Shown here: positions 38,956 through 53,601 of the stretch, one piece after another | Position numbering within the stretch: position 1 is the stretch's first letter | Layout of the letters: each line of letters starts with the position of its first letter | Assembly: GCA_964016885.1 (NCBI GenBank) | Contig: OZ024742.1 | Span: forward strand, 35,154,001-35,218,000 | Source: Eledone cirrhosa | Lineage: Eukaryota | Reading direction: 5' to 3' | Length of the DNA: 64,000 nt | Position numbers and translations under genes: made by a program | Notes under the pieces: model-generated | Databases searched by the model: none | Told to the model about the DNA's origin: nothing | The model's input: the letters and a program-made list of their open reading frames with translations, nothing else

Positions 38956-40542
38956 CCCACATATATACAGGTGTCCCCCAGTATTCGCAGGGGTTACATT
39001 CCTAGAGCACCCGTGAAGAGTGAAAAACCGTGAATATTGGACGTGGTCCTTAAAAATGCCTATAAACATGAAACCAATGTAAAATATAGGGCGGCAAATA
39101 CAGTTTATTGTTATTAATAATTTAGGGTTAAAAAGGGTGAAAAAATGTATATTGCCACGAAAAAAGACATGATAATTCGTGGAAGATATTTATGATTCCG
39201 TGAATATGCAGTGGTTTCCACAAACAAATATTAGTGCCGGGGGTACACTGCATATCATCATCATCATGACCATCATCATTTAACGTCAATTTTGCACACT
39301 TGCATGGGTTAGATGGGCTGTCAGGTTATGAGACAAGTCAGGTCTAGAAACCATGTCTTGCTCATATGGATCTATATTTTGGCTTGGTTCTTACAGCTGG
39401 ATGATCTTCCTAATACCAACCATGTTGCAGTTTGGACTGGAAGCTTTTTGTCATGTCACCATATGTATATAGACACACACACATATAGTAGATATAAGCG
39501 ATCTTTGGGTAGGTGGATTAGGGTCAAAGTTAGTGCTCAACCAAAAGAACTGTGATATATTGATAGTCTGCACTGCCGAGACCAGGGTGACCCTAGGGTG
39601 GGTCTGGCTGGTTGTCTCAAATATTGTATGCTGTGGTTGTATTGATAGCGTTGTTGGTGGTAGTGGTTTTTTAATGAAATGTAATGTAGTTGTGATGGTA
39701 TTGGTAGTGGTGGAAGGGCTGTTGGTGGAGGTAAAATCTAATGTAGTTGCTGGTGGTGTATGTGATGGTGTTGGTAGAGATAGCATTTGTAGTGGTGGTG
39801 GTTGTGATGGCTGAGGTAGTGGGGGATTCTTAGTAAAATGTAATGTGCTTCTGTTACATGATTTCTGATAATGAGAATAGCTTATTGCTCTGCCAGTTTA
39901 TGTTGTTTGAATAATCAATGACTATTACAGATAATCACTGCACTTTATAGTCACTATACATAATCCAATTCCTCCTGACACATTTATTACCCCTCTCTTG
40001 ACACTGATAGCCTTTGGGTTATAATATACAGCCCCAAATCCCTCATCTCTACACAGGTGGGTCTATTTAAGATCACCCATAATATTCAGCATGCCAATAT
40101 AATAGCCATGTAAGTTCTCTTTCTCTCTCATGTTTTCCCACCACCTTTGTAAAGAGGTATTCTATTCTAAATAAATGAACTAATTATTCTTAAGGAAACA
40201 TTTCAATATCTTTGTTACTGTTATTATTGATATTTAATCAATAGAGTGTTAGATTGGCAATATCGGTAGAGCATTGGACAAAATGCTCTACTGATCAACA
40301 TTCTTCGATTTATATGTATATATCATCATCTTTTTTACAAATGATTTTCCATGCTAGCATGGGTTGGGCAGATCTTTTCTAGTACAGCATTCCTTCACTC
40401 CTTGCATTCCTTAGTCATCTTTGCTGTAATACGATATGTATATATGAGCAAGGCATGGTCAGCCGACCGGACACTGCCCACAACAGGAAAACCCGTCTAA
40501 CCCTTGCTAGCGTGGAAGAATGGGCGTAAAACGGTGATGATG

Positions 40543-40593
<51 letters not shown>

Positions 40594-40999
40594 TTGCATC
40601 TTTAGAACTGTTAAGCAAATTACAAATTTTAATGTATGTTAGCTTATCTAAAAAATAAAGTCTATCTTAAGCCAGAAGGCTCATTAGGCCAATGATTATC
40701 CCAATTTCATTAAGCAACTGAGAGTACAAGACCACCACTGGACAGGACGCCTGTCCATCGCAGGGTTAAACCCCCAGCTATTGCTGGCACTGATTTACAG
40801 CTGAGTATACTGGAGCAATGTGAAATGAAGTGTTTTGCACAAGAATGCAACCCAGCCCAGGAATCGAACCTATGACATTATGACCATAAGTCCAACATCC
40901 TTACCACTAGGCCTTGCACCTCCACTATATGTTAGCTTATGCATATGTATATATATATATGTGTATATATGACTGCATATGTATACATGTATGTGTTTG

Positions 41000-41049
<50 letters not shown>

Positions 41050-43556
41050 TATAAAGATAGAGGGGGGGGTTTGTGTATATATGTGCATTACACGCATAGA
41101 CACACACACACACACATAATCCCATATACATATTTATGAAAAACACATATTTATGTATGTTGGTTTCAGTTTGTGAGTCCTGGCCTTACATCTATAGAAT
41201 GATATATGTACAGTAGTGTTGACTGAAGAATATGTGCCACGTTTGTTAAGCTGATCTTGTCCAGCTAAGCATGAATTTATTACAGTGGCAAGGATTATGA
41301 CATTGGCTGCACTGACCTTGTTTACAAGCAAGCATGTGGAGAGGGGCTACACTAGTTCAAGCTGAGATCACAGCTGGCAGTGGCAGGGTGGTGGTGGCAC
41401 TGGATTAGCTGTGGATTTAGTTTATATTTGTGTATTTAAGAGAGGCATAGTTGTGAGAAAAGTTTACAGTTTATAAACTGCTGCCAAATCTCTCAGATCT
41501 CTCACCTCTCCAGTCATTTGTAATCGAGTATGATTTTGTGGCAATTTTTTTTTTTTTCTTCAGTTAGTTATCCCCATTGATATCAAACTACCTGAAAACA
41601 CCTCTGGCTTTATGATACTAACCAGTTTATTTCTAGAGTGATCATAGTTATCTAAAACTTACTGTCATAGTTTTATGTAAAAAAAATGTGTTATGTTCCA
41701 AATGCCAACTTAATAAATGTGAAGGCTGCTGGTTATATTGCTAAATCACTCCAGTTCTTGTTATTTTCAAAATATTTGAAAAGTGTAGGCAGTGTTTTCA
41801 TAAAAAAAATATGGCAGCAGAAGGGATAAGTAATGAAGTAACTCCATTAATGATACTTCATTCTTTCACAGGGCTGTAGACCAAAACGGTTGGCACAACC
41901 ATGTCTGCAGATATTGCAGAATATTGTTGGCAGAGCCAGTGTAGTAGATCTTGTTTTGGTTCTTTCTCTCTTTCATGTTGGATCATTCATTGCAATGAAT
42001 GTGAAACATAAAATATGTGCGAACATGGCTGTGTGGTTACGACAGTGTGAGCGTAGTGAGTCAGGTGCGCCTAAGTGGAGGTAGCATGAGACTAACAAGC
42101 TTGGAGGAGCAGAAACCATTGTAGTACTCTACTGTACTATATTATATTATACTATAGTGTTAAACACCTCCCCTTTGGTTCAACATAAAGAGAGAAAAAA
42201 AGCTGATCATCAGATTAGATCAAGGAAACTATGTTTTCATTGGTCTTGCCATTGCACATTCTATCTGCTGATTGTAACTCTTGGCAAAAGGAACAACATT
42301 ATATAAAATATTTTGCTCAAGAACACCTGGTCCAGGATTGAACCCATGACTTTATGATTGAGTGTCCAACCCTCTAACCACTAGTCCACACACCTTTATG
42401 TTCAACAAATATAGATGTTTAAAGACATGTTAAGTAACCACTTAAACACCTCCCATCCATGTGTAATGGTTGTTGGTAAAAGGAGGTTTAATATGGCAGC
42501 TTTTTCTTGCAAATTGAATAACCACTTGAACACCTCCTACTGTTCAACATACATATTTGTATAATGGGTATTGGTTAAATCTGGCTGCTATTTCTAGCAA
42601 AATCGATTGACCACTAAAATGCCTTCCACTTTCATTCAACATACATATATATATAAGTGTTGGTCAGAGGAGGTTTAATATGTTGATAATATCTCTGCTG
42701 TTATGATAGCAGATAATGTCTCTGGAGACAACATTTTACGTCCGCTTTTCCCTGCTTGCAAGGGTGGGACGGGAACTGATTCTGGCTTGATTTCTACAGC
42801 TGGATGCCCTTCCTAACACCAACCTCATTTACAGTGAGTGCTGGGTGCTTTTTTTCCATGGCGCCTACACGTCCACTTTACCATGTGGGCTGGCAGGAAA
42901 CCCAGGGATTGTCCCCGAGCAAGATGGTTGGATAAGATCCATGAGCTTGGCTGGTCTCACTTGGGGATCCAGCTGGGCCAGTTGGAGAAGGTTGCTTCTG
43001 ACAGGACTCCCTAGAAGGAGTGTTTGAGGACTCTGACCCTACGACCCTTTCAGAAATAAGTGGGGAAAGAAAGTATATATATATATTATCATGATCATCA
43101 TTTCTGTTTAACATCAATTCATCCATGCCGGGAGGCAAGTCTGGCCATCGCACCTTGCTCCGACAAGGACTGTAAACTTAGCTGGGTATTTTACACCTGG
43201 GTGCCTATCCTAACACAAACCAAGTGTTAGGATGGGCATCCAGCTGTAAAATAAAGGAAGAATCGTCCCTAGTACTAGACTGGTATTTTTTTTATTGACC
43301 TCAAAAGGATGAAAGACAAAGCTGATCTCAGCGGGATTTGAACTCAGAAAACCAGAACAAATACCACAAAACATTCTATTGACTCTGTCAATTCACTGCC
43401 TATATATATATATATATATGTATATATTTTTCCATTTTGACTTTATAGTCACTTATATATTATGAAATACTGTTGGCTTCACGCTCACAATAATTTCTAT
43501 ACTTTTCATTTATATATATGTATATATATATATATCTGTATATATATGTGTGTGCG

Positions 43557-43588
<32 letters not shown>

Positions 43589-43628
43589 TGTGTGTATATA
43601 TATATATATGTATATATATATATGTATA

Positions 43629-43685
<57 letters not shown>

Positions 43686-43875
43686 TCATCATTTTACGTC
43701 CGCTTTTCCCTGCTTCCAAGGGTTGGACGGGTCCTATTCACCACAGCATCTCTCCACTTGTCACGGTCCTTCGTCATCTTCTCCATGAGTTTCAGCAATC
43801 TGAGGTCTGCTCTCACCACCTCCGCCCATGTTTTTCATGGTCTACCTCTACTGCATCTTCCTTCTACTATATATA

Positions 43876-44283
43876 TCTCACCTTGATCACCTTGACCGAC
43901 CAGTCTGTCGGGTGTCCATTCCTTTCTGGATCGTGCTTTCCTCATCTATGTATTCTTAATCATATTCTTAAAAGCGTAACTCCACTCTCGTGGAGGCCTT
44001 CCGAGTGGTCGTTTCCGCTCGCGCAGGTTCACCGATTATCGGTGAACCGGGCGATGTGACCAGTCCAGCTGAACTTGCTGCGCATATATTCCTCTTCAAT
44101 AGCACAGTTTTACCTACAATGTTATATGGCAGTGAAACTTGGGCTAGAACAAAGAGAGAAGGGCAGAGGCTGGTAACGGCTCAAAGAGCCATGGAGAGAT
44201 CAATGCTAGGAATCTCGTTGAGAGAGCACATCAGGAGCGAAGTCATCAGACAGAAGTCCGGCGTGAGGGACGTCATCACGGAA
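43876..44283 (-). mobile_element. Third RTE family insertion with a 5' inversion
   Basis: Minus 43876-44087 encodes [11 protein letters not shown] and [10 protein letters not shown] plus the 3' end. Plus 44088-44283 encodes the upstream FNSTVLPTMLYGSETW...GVRDVITE. Confidence 0.8.
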
Positions 44284-44479
44284 TATATATATATATATAT
44301 CATCATCATCATCATCATCAACGTTTAACGTCCGTGTTCCACGCTTGCATGGGTTTGGACGGGGGTAGTCCCACTTGAGGCAAGAGTGATTGTCTTGCTC
44401 GCATAGGACTGTCTGGCAGGTTTTCTACAGTTGGATGCCCTTCCTAACACCAACCACATTTACAGTGTGGGTCTGGGAG

Positions 44480-44510
<31 letters not shown>

Positions 44511-44689
44511 TGTGTGTGTGTTTCTGAGTTTGTGGCTCTCCACATTCAGATGTATATCTATTTATATACATGTGTACATGCATATATAACTATATATCTC
44601 AGTGTTTGTGCACATCATCATATTCATCATCATCGGTTAATGTCTATCTTCCACGCTAGCATGGGTTAGACCATTGGTATATATGTATA

Positions 44690-47600
44690 AATGTGCCATT
44701 GTTAATGTTGGCACCTGGATGCCTCAGCCAGCCCACATAGATACATGCTTTCTACTAGCTGAGAAGTGGATAGGTAAGGTAATTGATGTAGTTAGAGTAA
44801 GTGACAGAATTATCAAGCTTTTATTATAATTGTTCTACTTTTGGCACAAGGCCAGCTATTATCCCAGTGTATTACTGGTACTTTATTTTATCGACCCCGT
44901 AAGGATGAAAGGCAAAGTTAACCTCGACAGGATTTGAACTCAGTCCATAAAGGGACGTAACTGTGCTGCAAAGCATGGTGTCCGACCCTCTACCGATACT
45001 GCCAATCCACCGCTATAATGCATCACAATCAGGGCTAAGTAAAGAACAAAAGGACCATTTCTATGTGGAACTCTTATAGACATCATATGTTACAGATATA
45101 GGAGACCTTATCATCCTAGCTGGTTACTTCAGTGGACATGTCAGGCAACACCTGGATAGCTAAACTAGAGTGCTTGAGGGCTATGGTTATGGCTCGAGAA
45201 ATGAAGAGGCAGCAAAGCACTTAGAATTCTGTGATACAAATAAATTAACAATTTACAACACTAACTTCAAGAAGCAAACCAGCCACATGATCACCAATCA
45301 ATCAGGTGAACACACAAGTCTGTTGACTTCTTACTCATTATGAAAATGGGATAGACAGATGGAGTAAAATGCATCATCCAACATAAGTAGTTATTAGTGA
45401 GATCAGAATAAGCACCAGATGAAACAAGAAATGCAAGAAATTCTGTAAATTAAAGGACTTTTCTGTTATATATAAGGTAAGAAAAGTTTTATGAGATGTG
45501 TATGACAAGAGAGAGGAGGAGGTAGACACATGTAGCATAGAGTACAGTTGAAAATTTCTATATAATGACTTACTGTAGGCTACTGATGAAACCTGTGGCT
45601 GGAGCAAGGTACTGTGGATAGAACCATTTAAAACCTAGAGACATGAAAAGGGTGGAAAAAAGTGGGCAGCAGTGATCAATATCAAGTAGCTGAAAGAAGC
45701 TAGACAACAGATATTCATAGCATTCAAAGAAGCTGAAAGCAAGGAGTTTTCCAATGTCTTGCGATGTCAGGACGACAGGCTTGAGATGTTCCACACCACA
45801 AAGCAGTGTGTGTCTGTCTGAATCGGGATGTTGGGGAAAAGTGTTAGAAATGACCTCTGTGTATTTAGTATCACTGACACTCAAAGAAGCCTGGAAATGC
45901 TACTAGGAGAGGATGATAAATATGGAGAATGAGTGGCAGGAAGAGAGACTACCCACCAGCTTACTCAACACAGGGACCAGCTATCAAAATTGACCGTTAT
46001 AGAATCAAGGAGATGAAAACTGATGCAGCCACTGGATCATCAGAGATAGTTGCTGAGAGGCTGAAACCATCTGTGGATGTTGGAGATGAACTAGTCACCT
46101 GTATTGTCAATCAGTTGATACAGGATGGGTCATACATACCCAATGATTGGTGTACAGGTATATTTATGAATTGTTACAAGGGAAAATGTGATGTTCTAGA
46201 AAGGATCAACTACAGGGGCATAAAACTAATGAAGCCAGTTTTGAAAGTGGTAGAAAGTTTTAGGGAAAGCGTGAAGTCAGATAAGGTGCAGTTTGGTCTT
46301 GTGCCATGGAGGAGCACCACAGATACACTCTTCTTAGTGAAACAACTAGTAGAGAAATTCCTAGCTAAGTGTAAGCAACTATGTCTACCTTTTGCAATCT
46401 GGAGAAGGTGTTTGACAGAGTACAAGAATCTGTCATCTGGTGGTCCTTAAGGAAACTAGGTATGGAAGAAGGGCTTGTAAGAACAGTACAAGCCATGTAC
46501 AGGGGAGCTGTCAGTAGAGTGAAAGTAAATAATTGTTTCTACTTTAGGCACAAGGCCAGCAATTACCCAGTGCATTACTGGTACTTTATTTTATCGACCC
46601 CGTAAGGATGAAAGGCAAAGTCAACCTCGGCGGGATTTGAACTCAGATCGTAAAGGGACGTAACTATGCTGGAAAGCATGGTGTCTGACCCTCTACCGAT
46701 ACTGCCAATCCACCGCCCCAGAGTGAAAGTAAATAATGAGTTTAGTGAAGAATTCAGTATGCCAGTAAGTGTTTATCAGAGCTCAATCCTCAGCCCACTC
46801 TTGTTATAGTTCTCCAGGTCATAATAGAGGAGTTTAAGACTGGCTGTCCATGGGAACTTCTGAAAGCTGCTGACCTGATTCTAATAGCTGAATCCATTGA
46901 AGTTCTCGAGAAGAATTCCACTTGTGAAAACAGAACTTAGAATCAAAGGGGGGTCAGAGTAAATTTGGCAAAAACCAAAGTGTTAGTAAGTAGGAAAGAA
47001 GGCAGATCCCTGATTCCATCCTGGAAGTGGCTGTGCTCCATATATAGAAGAGGAATTGGTAGAAACTCGTACACAATGTAAACCTTAAATACACAAGAGA
47101 TATTGTGGGATAGCAAGAAGACTAACAGAAAAGGTAGATTCAGATGTACAGGGACAGTTGGTAGTAAGGGCATCAACTAAATAAACCATTTCCTCACCTG
47201 GGAATGCTCTGTAAAAGAAATTAATAGACAGCCTAACTAGCAGTGGAGGGGGCTGCTCTGAGATTGCTGGAATAAGATGATGATGGAAAAGGTTGACGAC
47301 AAGATGTTTCATTCGGTGAACGAAAGGCTGGCTGTATGATGCCTGCATGTAATGTGCAATGTTGCATCGTAGTGAGGGGTAGGTAATGAATGCAGAGGAT
47401 ATGAGAAGCATGGATGAGCTGTGAGCAAAACTGAATATAAGAGGAATCAGAAGTAGTGTATAAGAGAGAAAACTGCACTGGTATGGTCTGGATATGGATA
47501 ATTATCCTTTAGTGAAGAAGTGCCAAGAAATCCTAGTGGAAGGGAGCTACAGTTAAGGAAGACCTGAGCAGAGGTGGTGAAAGATGTTTCCAAATCACTG

Positions 47601-47710
47601 AGGCTCGCAGAGGAGATGAGAAAGGAATGCAATCAGTGGAGGGAAGCGATGCTGCCAAAGACCTTTCCAATCCATGCAAGCATGGAGAAATGGATGTAAA
47701 ATGATGATGA
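44690..47710 (+). mobile_element. Old degraded near-full-length RTE LINE
   Basis: APE remnants (LAEKWIGKVIDVVRVSDRIIKL), RT remnants (NYRGIKL, QFGL, LEKVFDRV) and a degenerate PHD region. Two family-A SINEs are inserted, one flanked by the TSD AGAGTGAAAGTAAATAAT. Confidence 0.85.
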
Positions 47711-49885
47711 TCTCCATGTGTCCATGTATATGTATGGGTCTATGTGTGTGTGTGTGTGTGTGTGCATGTCTCTGTCTCTGTGTACATACATGTACGTGTC
47801 TACGTGTGAATACATATGTGTGTGTATGTTTATGCTATATTTCAGATGGTAATTAATGTTGATTAATGTGATATTAATAGTATCGACTTTACATTTGCGT
47901 TCTTTCCCCTGAGATATCCATGTTGTATCTTTGTGTAATAACCTTATTATCACACACACCAATACATTGATTAACCCCTTCACCTTCCTGTCTCATACAT
48001 TATCACATGCACACCATGAGAACACAAACACACTTTTTCTCATTTCAGAAGTATTTTTCTTTTCTAATCAATATTTTCTATAGTCACTAGTTGTTGTGGT
48101 GGTGGAGGTGGTGGTGGTGGTATTGTTGGTGGCAGTGGCATTGATGGTGGTGGTGTTATTGATAGTTGTGGCAATGCTGATAATACTGGTCATGATGGTA
48201 GTGGTAATGATGAGGGTGGTGTTAGTTGTGGTCATGATAGCAGTGGCAATGGTAGTGGTGGTCATGATGATAGTAGTAATGATGAGGGTGATTGTGATGT
48301 TAGTGGCAATGGTAGTTGTGGTAGTAGGGTAGTGTAAAGTCAATCAAATGCTATGAAGTAGATTGAAGAGGTTCACTTCCCTCCTTACTATTTCCCTTCC
48401 CTTTCTTCCTCACTCAAATGGGAACTTAAAAAAAAAAAAAGAAAAAGTATGAAAACAAAAAATCATTGCATTTTCCAAAATTTCTTTCTGTGTATCTTCC
48501 AGGATTTTTATCAGTCAGGTAAAAATATATTTTTTTTTAATTAGCATGGCCTCACAATTTGTGAAACACACATATATGTGGTTATGGTGTTTAAGGATAG
48601 GGTTTTGAACTCAAAATCATGAGGTCATAGGTTGAATTCCTGGACCAAGCCGCACATTGTGTTCTTGAGCAACGCTATTCAATTTACATTGCCTTCTGTG
48701 AGCCACTGTCATTAACCCTTTAGCATTTAAACCGGCCAGAATTCTCTCACCTCCTTCTGTTCAAACCAGCCATAACTGGCTGCTCATACTTATGTTAAGG
48801 TATTGTTCTCAAAATAAATAATGTCAAAATCTCATAAATTCGATATTATGTGAGATAATTACATGAAGTAAAGCCTTTACCATGAAAATATAATAGTTTA
48901 TATAGAGAAATGTAAATGCTAAAGGATTAAAACACTCAAGAAACCTCCTTATGAGATGTAACATTGTGTGAAGCCAGCTAAATCTACAAATGTATGAGCT
49001 GTCTATTTCTGTGAAAGCATGTAGGTTAGTGTATTGGTTTCAGAATCATAAGTTCATTAGTTTGATTCCTGGACAAAGTAACATTTTATGTTATTGATCA
49101 TGATGCTTAATTTCATATTGCTTTCATTAAATGACTGGAGCCTCTATCATTAACCCTTTAGCACTTACATTACTCTCTATATACCATTGTATTTTGGGGG
49201 TAAAGGCTTTATCTCACATAATACTGAATCTACGAGATTTTGATAATATTTATTTTGAGAACAATACCTTAACGTAAGTATGAGTGGCCAGTTACAGCCG
49301 ATTTGAACAGAAAGAGGTGAGAGAATTCTGGCCAGATATGGCCGGTTTAAATGTTAAAAGGTTAACACCTAAGAAACCTCTGCTGTGATGATGCCTTTTA
49401 GGAGGTTAGCTATGTGTGCAAGATGTAAATTTCATTTTTTGTCTTTTTCAAATGAGCATTTGGTCTTTCAGTAGGGTGAGGATATGTATTTGGCATAAAA
49501 TTATTGGGATGTTTGGGGTAGAGGTCTACAAAATGTATTTGGTTTTCCTTGTATATTTAGTAACATATCTTGAAGTTCTGGGTTAAAAAATACTACTACT
49601 AATACTATTATTTGATTTCCTCTTTCTTTACTTCATGTAAACTCTTTGTATTGTATTGTCCCCAACATTCCTGGCATGGTTTGGATAGAAAACATGTAAA
49701 ATAATTGTTTCTACTTTTGGCACAAGGCCAGCAATTATCCCAGTGCATTACTGGTACTTAATTTTATCAATCCTGTAAGGATGAAAGGCAAAGTTAACCT
49801 CGGCGGGATTTGAAAATAATGATGATATACCATATATGTAAAATATATATTGTTTAATGTATAATTTATATGAAATGATCAACAG

Positions 49886-49946
49886 AACAGAGCAGTGTAG
49901 TGAGAGCGTAACCCAGAGGTCTGTAGATCGAAACTATGCTCTGCTA
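49886..49946 (+). pseudogene. Initiator tRNA-Met pseudogene
   Basis: TAACCCAGAGGTC..TAGATCGAAACTATGCTCTGCTA matches the 3' half of eukaryotic tRNAi-Met, including the diagnostic GAUCGAAA T-loop. The anticodon 5' stem and CA are deleted. Confidence 0.7.
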
Positions 49947-51673
49947 AAAGTATTTTGTGAAGCCGGATGGCTTAGTGGTTAGAGCATCGGGCTTACAATC
50001 ATGAGGTTGTGAGTTTGATTCTCCGACCCGGTTTTGCGTTGTGTTCTTGGGCAAAACACTTTATTTCACTTTGCTCCAATTCACTCAGCTGTAGAAATGA
50101 GTTGCGATGTCACTGGTACCAATTTGTATTTCCTTAGGACAACATCGGTGGCATGGAGAGGGTAGAGGGGAGACTAGTATACATAGATGACTGCTGATCT
50201 TCCACAAACAACCTTGCCCGGACTTGTGCCTCGGAGGGGAACTTTCTAGATTCAAATCCGATGGTCATTCATGACCAAAGGTGGTCTTTCTATACATTAA
50301 AGATATACTGACCAGATTGTCATGGCTGGAATGTCTTTGTAATATTTCCTTTTATAGCAAGTTATTGAAATGCAAGTAAAATTTAAAGAAGTAATCTTTT
50401 TTTTTATGTCTTTCTGTTATGATATAAACAATGTGTTGGAAATAATAAATTTATTCATAATTACCGTGATTTTCATTCAATAAATTGGCCAACCACTGAG
50501 CGTTTTATTTCCCAGGCAACGGCTGGTGACCTTCTAGTTATGTTTACTATTATTATTATTAATGCAATATTTTTGTCGTTGTTGTTATTGTTATTATTAG
50601 TATTAATACATTATTTTCTTGTTATTCTTACTATTGTATGATTATCATTATTATTACTCTAATATGATTAATTATCATTAAGATATATTGTTACTCTATT
50701 AATATTGTATGTTAATCCGAAGATAATGATAGAAAAGTTTGCAAATTGCGATAAATTGTTTTGCCATGAGGAAGAAATAATAATAATGCTAGTGTGGAAG
50801 ATGGGCGTTAAAGGAAGATGATGATGATGATGATCAATAATTTATTCCACTCGGTGTACTTTTCAAATTCATTATTTGCCAATGTAGCAAATAGGCAAAA
50901 TCCATAGAGTGTTGAATGAAATGCCTTGAATTTGTTATTTCAGCTCTTTGTGTTTTTAGTTCAAATGCTGCAATGGTCTTTTTCATCTTTCTTTTTTCCA
51001 AGAGGTGTTTGTCATTACCATTATCATCATCGCTTAATGTCCATTTTCCCTGCTTGAAAGGGTTGGATATGTCATCACACACCGGTCAATACTCATGCAG
51101 AGCCTCTGACCTCCATGTGAGCTGAGAGTCTGACATACCATTTCACACTACTGAGAGATCACAGTTCTGTTATTATGGGCATGTGGTTAGAATGTCTCAG
51201 AAAAGAATTGCTGGAAAGATTTTATGGACAAAACCAACTGAGAAGAGACCCAGGAGTAGGCTCCAGGCAAGATGGTTGGATAACATATATGAGCTTGGGT
51301 GATCATGCTTTGGGATCCACCTGGATAAGTTGAAGACAGTTGCTTCTGACAGGACCTGCTTGAAGGAGTGTTTGAGGACTCTGCCCTCATGACCTTCTCA
51401 GGATTAAGTGGGCGAAGAAGCCGACGAACACTATGAAAGCTGTCATGTCTTTGCCATAGCTGAAAATTCTTGCTGAATTTGGTTTGGCAGGTTTTCTGTA
51501 AATGCCAACCACATTTACACTGTGTACCGTGTGCTTTTAGTCCTGACTCCTACATGACCACTTTACAGTGTGGACTGGGTACTTTTAGTCCTGACTCCTA
51601 CATGACCACTTTACAGTGTGGACTGGGTACTTTTAGTCCTGACTCCTACATGACCACTTTACAGTGTGGGTTG

Positions 51674-51713
<40 letters not shown>

Positions 51714-51954
51714 CCTACAAGTACATAGGATTATATTGTGATTTTATAACATGAAACATGCACTCTTTCTCTTTTTGGTTTTAGTTATTTTTATATGTGT
51801 GTATATATGTGTGCAACTTGTACAATCTGATAAATAATTATTTCCATGGTTTAACTCCTTTTTTTTTTTTACTTTTGGTTATCTTTTGTTTATCCAGACT
51901 TGATTAGAATACAAAATAGTGTTCTGGTGGTTGTGTATGTATGTGTGTATGTTG

Positions 51955-52190
51955 CAGAGAATCAGTTCCATGTGTGTGTGTATGTATGTTGCAGAGAATC
52001 AGTTCCAGTGCCATGTTTGTCAGAAAATTTGCAAATCAGGTGTTGGATTGAAGTGACATCTGAACATACGCATTAAGCAAACCCAAACTGGAAACAAGAA
52101 CGAAATGAGACGTCATTGTATTATTTGTGGACGGGTGTTTCATAGGCTTTTGGGACTCAAAATCCATTTGAGATCTCATGTCAGGAAGGA
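51955..52190 (+). mobile_element. LINE C-terminal double C2H2 finger fragment
   Basis: FQCHVCQKICKSGVGLK*HL and HCIICGRVFHRLLGLKIHLRSH, as at the end of RTE/BovB-like ORFs; contains a stop. Confidence 0.5.
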
Positions 52191-53516
52191 ACAAACATAG
52201 AATGCAAGAAATGGACCTTCATGTATGTATGTGTGTGTGTGTGTGTGTGTGTGCATGTGTCAATTCGAAGGAGGCTGTGGAGCTGTGCTGGAAAAGACTT
52301 GTTGAGCCCATATATAAGCATGGAAAAATTGGACATATAATGATGAGGATTATGATTTACACACACGCATGCATGCACACACACGCACAGAGAGAAAGGG
52401 GCATCATCTTGGCCATGTAGTTAAGAATTTCACTTTACAACCATGTATTTCTTGATTCAATTCTTTTACCATAGCTTTATGTTAACCAATACTTTTGGAT
52501 TGGAACTTAGTTAGTGGAAACTGTAGAAACCCATGATGAGAGAGCGAAAGAAACTTGCTAACAAAAGAATGAACATGTCACTTAGCATTTTAAATATCAA
52601 AATAGCTTATAACCGCATATGTAGATACACAGACACTCAAGCATAATATGCATACATATACATACATATGTATATGTATGCATATTATATGGAGGCACAT
52701 GGCTTAGTGGTTAGAGCATTGGCCTTGCAATCGAAAGGTTGTGAGTTCAATTCTCAGACCGGGTGATGTGTTGTTTCCTTGAGCAAGACACTTTATTTCA
52801 CATTGCTCCAGTTTGCTCAGCTGTAGAAATGAGATGATAGAGACTGGGGTCCCTATCATTCCACTGCAAAGTGGTCGTGTAGGTGCCACAGCAAAAACCA
52901 CCCAGCACTCACTGTAAATGAGGTTGGTGTTAGGGAGGGCATCCAGCTGTAGAAATCAAGCCAGAATCAGTTCCCGTCCCACCCTTGCAAGCAGGGAAAA
53001 GTGGACGTAAAATGATGATGATATTCATATACACACATAAATACATATATATGTGGTGGTGGTGGGGGGGGGGGGGGGTGCTTGCCTATCTGGCTGTGAT
53101 TGTGAATTTCTATTGTGCTGGTGTCGTGATATAATGCACCCAATACTTTCTGTGAAGTGTTAGTGCTGGTGCAATAAAATGTAGCTGAATACCCCCTGTA
53201 AGGTGGTTGGCATTAGGAAAGGCATCTTAAATTATAAAACATATAAGCAAGATGAGGTATCTCCAATCTGTCTAGTCACAGATCATGACAACCTGTCTAA
53301 CCAATGACATCCCCTAAGGTTGAGATAACTTTTGGTCGTTTGGACTGCTGCTATTTCTTGTAGCAGGACAATGACCTGTCCGCCCTGCCTTTTGTCTTTA
53401 CACACGGCACTAGGCAAAATTGTTTCTTTCCTCATTCACTCTCATTTGAGAACAGTTTTGTATGGCGCCAGTTTGTGATTTGAACTCGGGAATTTTATAT
53501 TCTCCGAGCGAGAAAA

Positions 53517-53601
53517 GCCTTCTGACGAAAGTCCCTTTCACAATGGAAGGCCGCTTGGATTATCTGTTTATTTTGGGATTTGAAAACTGCGCGGTAAAGG
53601 C
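53517..53601 (+). ncRNA. Type I hammerhead with long stem-II loop (one extra A in the core)
   Basis: GCCUU-CUGACGA-AAGUCCC[loop]GGGAUUU-GAAAA-CUGCGCGG-UA^AAGGC. Confidence 0.65.
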
